A DNA stretch of 64,000 nt from Neophaeotheca triangularis. Lineage: Eukaryota. The first letter of the stretch is position 1. Each line of letters opens with the position of its first letter. Shown here in pieces: positions 55,552-64,000 of the stretch. The position numbers were made by a program, and so were the translations under genes. Below the pieces are notes generated by a model. The model did not search any database. It had not been told where the DNA came from and worked only from the letters and a program-made list of their open reading frames with translations. The stretch is from the NCBI GenBank assembly GCA_054600435.1, contig BAAIJX010000012.1:186001-250000 (forward strand), read 5' to 3'.

Positions 55552-57372
55552 TTAAACCTCATTAGATGGATACTCGACCTTCGAAATCGGCACGAACTCC
55601 TCCTTGATAGCCCTCATGCTCACGAACCTCGACAAGATGTTCGCAGACCCCGCCTTATCGTTCGTCCCGGAGGCTCTCGCGCCACCAAAAGGCTGCTGGC
55701 CCACAACAGCACCAGTGCTCTTGCAGTTGAGGTAGAAGTTGCCCGCGCTGTTGCGAAGGGCTTCCTCGCCTATTCTCAGCGCCTCGCGGTCTTGTGCGAA
55801 GATGGCGCCGGTCAGAGCGTAGTCCGAAGAGCTGTCGATGGTCTTGCAGATGTCGAGGTAAGCTTGCGCCGGGTTCGGGGAGTCGTCGTAGACGTAGATG
55901 GTGAGGACTGGGCCAAAGAACTCGGTGCTCATGTGCTTGTGCAGTGGGTCTTTGGTTTGATAGATGGTCGGGTGGACGAAGTAGCCTTGCGAGCCGTCGT
56001 ACTTGCCGCCGACCAGGCACTCGAGGTTGGCATCCGTCTTCGACTCGTCGATAACCTTGCTGAGCTTGTCGAAAGACTGCTTGTGGATGACAGGGCCGAT
56101 GAAGTTGCTAAAATCGTCTGGAGCGCCGACCTTGAGCTTCTTTGTTTCATCTACTACCTTGCTCTTGAACTCTTCCCACCGGCTTGCAGGCACGTAGGCA
56201 CGGCTCGTCGCCGAACACTTCTGACCTTGGAATTCGAAAGCACCGCGAACCGTATTGATCGCAGCGTTGTCAATGTCCGCTGTCGGGTGGATGAGATGAA
56301 AGTTCTTTCCGCCGGTTTCGCCAACAATGCGCGGGTACCCTCGATACCTTCCCTCGGCGACACCACTGGAGATTTGACCGTAAAGCTGGCGGAAAACAGC
56401 CGTCGAGCCAGTGTAGTGCAGAGAGGCAAAGTCCTTGTGAGCGAGGACAGTCTTGGTAACCTCAACAGCATCGCCGGGGACAAACTGAATAACATTCTCG
56501 GGCAGCCCGGCCTCTCTCAGGATCTGGTAGAGTAGCCAGTTGGATGCCATGGCCGACGGGCTAGGCTTCCACACCACCACGTTACCCATTAGCGCCGGCG
56601 CACAAGGCAGGTTGGCAGCGATAGCGGTGAAGTTGAAAGGCGTGACAGCGTATACGAAACCTTCAAGAGGCCTGTACTCCACCCTGTTCCAGACGCCCGG
56701 AGAGTTGTCCACGGGCTGGTGTCCGTACGTCTCCTGCGCATACTTGACGTTGTATCTCAAGAAATCGCACGTCTCCGCAGCCGAATCGATCTCCGCTTGC
56801 CACGCATTCTTGCCCTGCCCGAGCATCGTGGCAGCCATGACCTCGTACCTGTACTTGCTGCTGATCAAGTCTGCCGCCTTGAGAAAGATGGCTGCTCGGT
56901 CGGCAAAAGGCATGCTTTCCCAGCTGGGCTTCGCCGCTAGAGCAGAGTCGATGGCTGTCGAGACATCCGAGGGCGAAGCGTTGGAGTAGGAGGCGATGTG
57001 GTTCTGGTGGTCGTGCGGGTATGGTTGGTTTTGAACGGTCGAAGTATTCGTTTCTTTGCCAGCAACGACAATGGGGACCTCGACCGTTCCTCGCTGGCGC
57101 ATGAGCTTGACAGCCTTGGCCAATCCCTCTCGATCTGGTGAGCCCTTTGCATAGTGTTTCTGATTGCGGTCAGTCGTGCCCTCTCTCGTATTAGCCGAGG
57201 TACTCACATTTGGCTCATTTTTGATGTCTGGTATCCTGAAGTTTGCCATTGTCGCCATACTGCCGGTCTGTGTCCTCGAGCCCGCTGCCCTTGCTCCAGA
57301 TGAGGCTGCATTGCGGGAAGAACGAGCTCCAAGTCGTGGAAGCAATGCTCCCTGTTGTAGAGTTGCTGCCAT
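55552..57372 (-). CDS. PUT2: Mitochondrial delta-1-pyrroline-5-carboxylate dehydrogenase, ~590 aa; exons 57372-57208, 57159-55552
   Basis: GQGKNAWQAEIDSAAE, YRPLEGFVYAVTPFNFTAI, ETGGKNFH, FEFQGQKCSA and QQPFGGARASGTNDKAG; Arg/Ser-rich presequence; in-frame 48-nt intron 57207-57160. Confidence 0.96.
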   Translation of the reverse strand: MAATLQQGALLPRLGARSSRNAASSGARAAGSRTQTGSMATMANFRIPDIKNEPNVSTSANTREGTTDRNQKHYAKGSPDREGLAKAVKLMRQRGTVEVPIVVAGKETNTSTVQNQPYPHDHQNHIASYSNASPSDVSTAIDSALAAKPSWESMPFADRAAIFLKAADLISSKYRYEVMAATMLGQGKNAWQAEIDSAAETCDFLRYNVKYAQETYGHQPVDNSPGVWNRVEYRPLEGFVYAVTPFNFTAIAANLPCAPALMGNVVVWKPSPSAMASNWLLYQILREAGLPENVIQFVPGDAVEVTKTVLAHKDFASLHYTGSTAVFRQLYGQISSGVAEGRYRGYPRIVGETGGKNFHLIHPTADIDNAAINTVRGAFEFQGQKCSATSRAYVPASRWEEFKSKVVDETKKLKVGAPDDFSNFIGPVIHKQSFDKLSKVIDESKTDANLECLVGGKYDGSQGYFVHPTIYQTKDPLHKHMSTEFFGPVLTIYVYDDSPNPAQAYLDICKTIDSSSDYALTGAIFAQDREALRIGEEALRNSAGNFYLNCKSTGAVVGQQPFGGARASGTNDKAGSANILSRFVSMRAIKEEFVPISKVEYPSNEV

Positions 57373-57775
57373 ATTGTTTGATGGTGAACGACGTAGCAAG
57401 TGTCGGTCGAGGAATGTGGTTGTTAGTAGGTAGTCTCAAACATTTCAAACATCTCCAGTCGGTATATGAATATTAAAGAGAGCTCGTGAAGCTTGTCGGC
57501 TACCTACGGCATACCAGCAGATGGAGCTATGGTGGGGCAAGTTGTCACACTACTTAACCAATCAGCGCCTCGAGTGAAGAGAGACTTTGGGGTTAGGGAC
57601 TGAGCTCTGAGATCAGTCTTGATGATACTCGCTCCGCATGTAGCCTTGATGCATTGCACGATTATTGAAATTTTGCAAATGCCGCTGGAACGTATCGCTA
57701 ATGCAGCGCCATCAGCACCAATCCAATTCCTGATTCTTCTCCGCCAGAATTGGGCTCTGCACTCGTCAAACGGTC

Positions 57776-59224
57776 CTATCTCATGTCAATCATCATAGCC
57801 GCCGGATCCTCAATCAGACTCTTCACCCTTTCAGCACACCTAGCGCACTCCGCACCGTCGACAACCCGATGATCAGCACTCCAGCTCAAGACCAGCTCTT
57901 CCTTCTTAACCAGCTCGTCCCGTTCATTGAAAGCCGGAACCACCTTGCTCCGCCCAACACCAAGGATACCAACTTGTGGTTCGCTGATAATGGGAGCCAC
58001 CACGCCTCCACCCACAGAGCCAATATTCGAAACGGTGAAGGTCGCGCCATTGAAATCGGAAGGCGTCAGCTTGTTCGTTCGAGCAGCTTCGGATAGCTGT
58101 CGCAGCTTGGTCGCTATCTCGGTAATGCTGAGGTTCTGGACGTCGCGCAGGACAGGGACGAGAAGTCCCGAGGGAGTGTCCACGGCTACGCCGATGTTGT
58201 GGGAGCTCCGGTAAGTCAACTCAGGCTTCTTTGGGTCCTTGGTGTCGAGCGAGGAGTTTAGTAGTGGGTGTCGTTGGAGAGACATGCTCACGGCTTTGAT
58301 AATGAAAGGTAGGTGGGTGAGCTTCTGCTCTGCTGCGGGGGAAGCGTTCAGTCTCTTTCGCATTGTTGTAACGGCAGTCATGTCTGCTGTGCTGCTGTAC
58401 AAGAAGTGCGGGATGTTCAATGATTTTGTCATTAGCTTGTACATCTGGTTCTGGACCGGGGTGAGTGGCATCTTCCGATCTTGTTGCGATGGCGCTGCTG
58501 TTTGAGCAGCAGGTTGTTGCTGTGTACCCTGGGAAACATGGCGATGAACGTCCTCCTTTAACACACGACCATCTTTACCAGTCCCTTCTACTTCCGTAAT
58601 ATCCACATTCAGCTCTTTGGTCAGATGTCGTACAGCTGGCGTGGCAAGCGAGGCATGTTTGCTCTGATTCCGCGGCCGATGCTGTTGGCTCTCTTCTTGT
58701 GTTGACCGACCCAATGGCCCATCTACCGGTTCCTCCGCTTGCGCTTTCGACTCTCCCATCACCTCAGGTGCATCTTGCTCTTTGCTTTGTGTCGCAGCCT
58801 GACCCTCTTCTCCTCCACCCAGTTTCGCTGCCTCTTCCTCACCGACCTCACCTTGGATATCAATGTCAACCAGAGGTTTCCCCGTAATAGCCATATCGTC
58901 CGGCTCATAGTGTAACTTCTTGATGACGCCGTCAAACGGACTTGTAATCTCCACGCTTGCTTTGTCTGATTGCACCTCACAGATCTTGTCGAACTGCTCG
59001 ACGCGAGCGCCGGGTTGGACGAACCATTGTATCAGCTGGCATTCGGTGATACCCTCGCCAATGTCAGCCAAAAGGAATGGCTTTAGGGCGAAGAGGCTTC
59101 GAGACGAGTGGAAGGCGCGTCGAGCGAAGGGTTGCTGATAGGGCCGCGACAGGGTACAGGCGCGGTAGGAGCCATGTGGTAAAGACGGGGTCTTCTGTGC
59201 GAGGATTGATCGTGAGGGTTTCAT
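57776..59224 (-). CDS. DBT: Branched-chain 2-oxoacid dehydrogenase E2 (dihydrolipoamide acyltransferase), 482 aa
   Basis: Lipoyl domain LADIGEGITEC...EVQSDKASVEITS; E3-binding ATPAVRHL..GTGKDGRVLKED; catalytic WSADHRVVDG. Confidence 0.95.
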   Translation of the reverse strand: MKPSRSILAQKTPSLPHGSYRACTLSRPYQQPFARRAFHSSRSLFALKPFLLADIGEGITECQLIQWFVQPGARVEQFDKICEVQSDKASVEITSPFDGVIKKLHYEPDDMAITGKPLVDIDIQGEVGEEEAAKLGGGEEGQAATQSKEQDAPEVMGESKAQAEEPVDGPLGRSTQEESQQHRPRNQSKHASLATPAVRHLTKELNVDITEVEGTGKDGRVLKEDVHRHVSQGTQQQPAAQTAAPSQQDRKMPLTPVQNQMYKLMTKSLNIPHFLYSSTADMTAVTTMRKRLNASPAAEQKLTHLPFIIKAVSMSLQRHPLLNSSLDTKDPKKPELTYRSSHNIGVAVDTPSGLLVPVLRDVQNLSITEIATKLRQLSEAARTNKLTPSDFNGATFTVSNIGSVGGGVVAPIISEPQVGILGVGRSKVVPAFNERDELVKKEELVLSWSADHRVVDGAECARCAERVKSLIEDPAAMMIDMR

Positions 59225-60037
59225 GGTAAATTGTGGTGATGTACTGCTTGGAAAGCAACTGAGTGTTGAAGATTCTACCTACGAGCTACACCATGTCGAT
59301 TTGTTGTGGACGTGGATGTTTATGAAGCGGTTGTCTTGTGGAATGCCGAGGCGGAGAGGGCTTAAGCCCGCGCTTAGCCGGGTCGCTCCTTCGGCTTAGT
59401 ATATGATGCACAGCCAATCAAAACATATCTTCGGAATAGATAGAAGTATGGGGGTGGACCGTTCGTAAAGTCGATGGATGGCGGAGAAGAGACTTGAAGG
59501 CTTCGGTGCTACTGGAATAAGTCTCTCGATCGTTCGCGATGAGCGAGCCCGTTCGCAGGCAAGAAGCTATTGGCAGTGTTCTCCCTCAGAAAGGCCATTC
59601 GCTCACCTGACAGCGCAATCAACGGTAGATACCAGGACCGACCTTGATTGAAGATGATTAAATCTGCTGTCAGAGGGCATTAGCTTGGCGCGCGATCTAG
59701 CGTTTGGCGGGAGTCTGCAAAGCGGCCAACTTACCATGACGCGCCTGCCAAAATAGAGGAGCGAAGGCCATGAGATACAGAGCTGGAACTATAAGATGTT
59801 TTCCCGATACTTGCGGTTCAGCGTGATGCAGTCCGGCCTGCGATAGCCGGCTTGGTCACTTCTATCCGTTCCTGGCTTGATGTGTATCGTGGCGTGTCCG
59901 GGCGATCAAAGAAGAAGATGGGGAATCATAGTATCCGGCTAAGCATAGAGAGAGCAGTAGATGCGGTTCAAAGAGGCGAAGATGCGCAGTCTCGAGAAGT
60001 CCAGGTCATCCGAAAAGTCACAAAAGGCAGGCTTCCC

Positions 60038-60388
60038 TCAAGAAGCCTCGGCGCGAGCTCGCTCCATCTCATTGCGCTCATTCTGATCGCGCAGCTCGTT
60101 GATAACATTCTACGACCATGTCAGTACGTGAGGTTTATTAGACAGACCCGCAAGCGAGGAGTGGACTCACGGCCAGCGCCTCAGGGTTCACGCCGTTCTC
60201 GATGAGCGAGACGCAGTAGGACAGAGATTGCCTGTCAAGGTGAGTGTTCTGCAGAAGGACGTTAGTGATGATCTCACGAGACGTGGAAAGAGCGAGATAT
60301 GTGTGCTTACGAGCAGAGTGGATATGTCGTGGAGTATGTCGATTGTCTCACGCGCCGCCTTGCGTTTGCTGTCGTCGGTGGATGGCAT
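60038..60388 (-). CDS. MZT1: Mitotic-spindle organizing protein Mzt1/MOZART1, 75 aa; exons 60388-60311, 60248-60171, 60109-60038
   Basis: Spliced product [59 protein letters not shown]...; introns 60310-60249 and 60170-60110 are canonical. Confidence 0.93.
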
Positions 60389-60748
60389 GCTGCACCTCCT
60401 ATCGCTATTCGGAAAGTTCACAAGAATGGATTTCCCGGTGTTCGTGACGAATTTTGCGTTGAATATTTACCTAGGTTCAAAGACGACTGATGAGCTCGGT
60501 TTGTTTGCTATTTGTTGTTGATGAGGTCTCAAGCCGGCCTGAAGAGGCAGAGGCGCGTCTCTTGGCAAAAAGGTGGGTGGTATGAGCTTCACTAGCGCTG
60601 AAGGTGCCTACATGTCCAAGAGGGGGCGACGCTCGCAACAACACTACGATATCGCAGCCGTGATTCATTATCTTCCATGGGCGTTGGTCATAAGCTATCT
60701 AAGGTAGTGCTACAGAGCCAAACGAGGTTCGGCTTGGCTGTCAGCGTC

Positions 60749-62676
60749 TCAACCTCCTTCTTGCTTACTCCACTCCGATCTCAGCTCCTGCGTCAAGTCT
60801 GTATTACATGGCCAACCCGTATATTGTTGATGGTCGTGGATCAATTCAATTATTCGTTCCCGCTTTACCTCCTCCTTACAATACAAACCCGCCCCAAACA
60901 AGAATTGCGTCGACAAGAGGCGAGTAGCGTTCTCGGTCAACTCTATGGCAACGCCCGCGATAGTAGCGATGCATTCCGCTATGGCCTTTTCCCGCTCCAC
61001 CCAATCTCGAAAGCCCCCAGGGGACGGTTTATTGAGCAGAAGCAATATTCGCGCGAGGCTGTAAAACTGAAGTGCGACTCCGAAAGCCTCCGGCACAATC
61101 CAGACGGGCTCGAAGATTTCGGTTCCTCTTGATTCGACGGGCAGGGAGTTGGAATAGACGCTGCTGTTACTCCGCCACTCCTCCAACGCCTGCAATTGCG
61201 CGTCTGCATTGGCAATGCGACCGTTGAGATTGCCCTCTCCCGCAGCTTTTTCCTCATCTGAGCTGTAGTTGACGGCTCGAGCAAGCAGGTAGGTCGAATA
61301 GGATGCCACGTCCCACATGCTCATGGCACAATATGGCTTCGTGGGCCTGAAGAAACTAAAGCATCTTCTTCGCTCCCTAAAAGCAGCCCACCAGTCTTGT
61401 CTGATCCATGCCCACCAGATGGCTTGCTCCAAGCCGCCGGACTCTCCGTTGATGTTGCGACTTCTCTGTATCCAGAAGACGCCTTTGAGATGCCTTTCCC
61501 AACCGTCCCCGGCACCGTCGATCATCTCGTAAGTCGACACAACCAAAACGGTTGCCAGTAACTCGAGACTGTTCTTGTAGGATGCAAAGGTCATAGCTGT
61601 GTACAAGTATTGGAGTGTCTCGTGGTAGTATTGTACAGCCGCCGTTCTGTCCTCATCGGTACCACCGCTTTCGGGCGGTCGAATGGAATTTTGTCGAGCA
61701 CCAAGAGCCAAGATGGCTTTCATCAGGCCTTCGTTGTAGAGCGCGAGATGCGGTATAAGGCTTGAAAAATGTCTAAGCGGATCTAGCACGTCGATCCACC
61801 TTGCGACATCCTTAACAAATCTCGAAAAACTTGCGTGCTCAGCTTCGTCTAGGATTAGGGGCTCCTTGGCTTGCCAACAGGCACGCTCGTCCGCTATCGA
61901 CCCGAGGCTCTGGACTGGTGCGATGGGCTGGGAGTATTGAGAGTATGATCCTGGAGCAAGAGCTTTCTGTACATTGGGCAGATTTCGCTCGGGTTGTCTC
62001 CCCAGTTGGAAGGAATGATGCCTGAGAGCTGCATCACTTAAGGTGTCCAAAGAGGTCGCTTGATGGCCACGATTGGCTGCATCATCGGCCAGAAGTCCAA
62101 ACCAGCGCAATGGCGCAACGTCGAGCCTATAGTTCGACGACTGCGGACTAGTATCGTGCCGACTGAGGTCGTCAGGAGAATGGGGCCACTGATGGAAAGT
62201 AGATCCCGGGCCAAAGTACTGTGAATGGAGAGAGTCTTCTGTAGGGGGCCTCGCGGGCTCTGGTAGAGTTCCATCCATGGGTCCCATAGACGCGTTGGCA
62301 TTAGGAGACTCGTCTGGTTCTATGGTCACGGGGGGGTCGTTCTTTCCCGGCTCCTCGCGTGCTGACAGAGGTGGCGTACTCGTCGCATACTCGCAATCTC
62401 GCCGTGACTTCGTGCATGGCCCACACACTGGTCTCGTCTCATCGCATTTGACGCGACGCTTTCTGCACGTTACACTGGAAAAGTGTTAATGATTTGTCAA
62501 GGCTAGCGGGTTCTAAAGTCATACTACGTCTTGTGGATGAAGTCCTGTCGTCGAGCAGGGGAGACTTACCAGCCCGTAGTGGTGCGCAATCCGCGACCGC
62601 GCTTTCTCCTCGGCTTTCGCGAGCCCGAAGATGGATCGCTCTGTGGTGGTAAATGTACAGTCTTGCTGGCCTGCAT
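60749..62676 (-). CDS. Zn(II)2Cys6 transcription factor with fungal-specific TF domain, ~610 aa; exons 62676-62570, 62474-60749
   Basis: Intron 62569-62475 builds [32 protein letters not shown]; C-terminal STYEMID..WERHLKGVFWIQRS..WWAWIRQD. The start codon is uncertain. Confidence 0.9.
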
Positions 62677-62846
62677 CGCGAGTTGGAGAGCCTCGAGACG
62701 AGACGGGCGAGCATTTTGGTGCCGAGCACTGCTTCCACCCGCACTTGAATCAGACTCCCCCGCAGCGGTATCCCCAGATATGTAAAGTACGTGCACGTGT
62801 TTAAAAGCTTCCAAGTTCCGACAGTCCAGGACCGACACTCCCCGAA

Positions 62847-62869
62847 TGTCGGACTGTACCAGTCCGACA
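62847..62869. promoter_or_regulatory. Perfect 10-bp inverted repeat containing CGG-N11-CCG
   Basis: TGTCGGACTG-TAC-CAGTCCGACA; extra CCGACA half-sites at 62818 and 62832; ~170 bp upstream of the TF start. Confidence 0.55.
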
Positions 62870-63169
62870 AGTTACAACCATGGCCGCCGTTTGAAAGGCA
62901 TACATACGTATGACTCACATCCATCAATGATGTGAGGGGCAGCTATTCACAAAAGTATCCCGTGGCAGTGACAGCTGAGAGCAATGGGTCTACCAGCCTA
63001 CCAAGGGTCATTGACAAGTCACTTGTATTGATGAGCTTGATACGCCCCAGCCAGGAAGAAGTCATGTCCTAGAACAAGAGTTGCTAGATTGAATGGAATA
63101 TCTATCGGATATCTATGGTCTCGTAATCATATCACGTTTTCGCGCCAAACACCATGCTCTTTACCCAAT

Positions 63170-63993
63170 TCACCAAGCACCAACAATGCCGGCTACGGGG
63201 ATATCGATACCAGTAGTGTAGCTCGCTACGTCCGACAGCAGGTACACGTAAGCACCGCCCAGCTCTTGTGGAAGTGCTAATCTGTCCATGCCTCCATAGT
63301 ACTATCCGACTGTCAGCATTCTCTACATTTGAATCGAGTAGGATTCGTACTGACCTTCATCTTGAGGTCCCAGTCAGGGGCGCTGCGCTGCTTCTCCGTC
63401 AAAGCAGTGAGAACATATCCAGGGCTCACGCAGTTGACACGAATGCCGTGCTTCGCCCATTCCATCGCCAGAGTGTGTGTCATGTTGCGGACGGCAGCTT
63501 TGGTGCCACCGTAGGGTGCTGAAGGCGCGGAGCGGTTCGGTCGGTAGGAGGTCATGGAGCTGGTGAAGACGATGCCGCCCTTGATGCCGAGCTCAATGAA
63601 CTTGCGTGCAGCGGCCTGAGCGCAGGAGTATGCGCCGAAGACGTTCAAGTCGAACAGCTTTTGCACTTGTTCGCGAGAGAAGTCGAGAGCGGGCTGGTGC
63701 TTGGTCATGCCCGCGTTGCAGATCATGCTGTGGATGGCGCCTTCAGCGGAGACAATGGCGTCAATGGCCTCGTTGACATTTTGCTCGCTGGTTACGTCCA
63801 TTTGTTGGTATTTCAGGCGACCCTCGTTCTTCTTTGCCAGGGCGGCGAAGTCTTCGCTCGGTGCGTTGAGGTCGAGGGAGTAGACGCATTTGGCGTTGTT
63901 GGCCAGGCAGACCTCTGCGAGGCCGAGACCGATGCCTTGGTTGGCACCGGTGATGGCCACGACCTTGCCGCTGAGAGTTATCTGCCAGTTCAT
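63170..63993 (-). CDS. Short-chain dehydrogenase/reductase, polyol or sugar dehydrogenase-like, >=256 aa; exons 63993-63355, 63301-63170 (5' end may lie beyond the window)
   Basis: [21 protein letters not shown] (YxxxK) and IRVNCVSPG. Intron 63354-63302 gives the C-terminus [43 protein letters not shown]. The frame stays open to the window edge. Confidence 0.92.
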
Positions 63994-64000
63994 GTTCGCT

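Noticed and set aside
55315..56535. 406-aa antisense ORF over PUT2; similar ones at 19606-20772, 22062-23063, 24327-25373 and 38889-39770
   Set aside because: Shadow ORFs caused by GC-rich codon bias of well-supported genes on the opposite strand; no recognisable domains.

Overview
Gene-dense eukaryotic DNA from a filamentous ascomycete. The short GT-AG introns with CTRAC branch points and the gene content suggest a Dothideomycete; the taxon is inferred. About 27 protein-coding genes were reconstructed with exon-intron boundaries. In order: class IV chitin synthase, secreted arylsulfotransferase-like protein, NmrA-like reductase, secreted PL26-type rhamnogalacturonan exolyase, SulP sulfate permease, pectin methylesterase, MDM1, PhoD-like protein, SPC25, RRN6, AIF-like oxidoreductase, HEM25, SCY1, a DUF2256-like zinc-finger protein, a LYR protein, gluconokinase, PUT2, branched-chain ketoacid dehydrogenase E2, MZT1, a Zn2Cys6 factor and a polyol-type SDR, plus several hypothetical genes, some absent from the ORF track. 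No tRNA, rRNA, CRISPR or recognisable transposon was found. The most unusual signals are: (1) a recurring ~0.6-1 kb strand-skew flip module (C/A-rich arm, CpG-rich centre, G/T-rich arm) that overrides synonymous codon choice inside genes every few kb; (2) seven same-orientation CTATTG motifs upstream of an uncharacterised gene; (3) a possible sulfated or pectic polysaccharide utilisation neighbourhood; (4) two palindromic CGG-N11-CCG sites and a CACGTG cluster. All family assignments come from motif recognition, not database searches.
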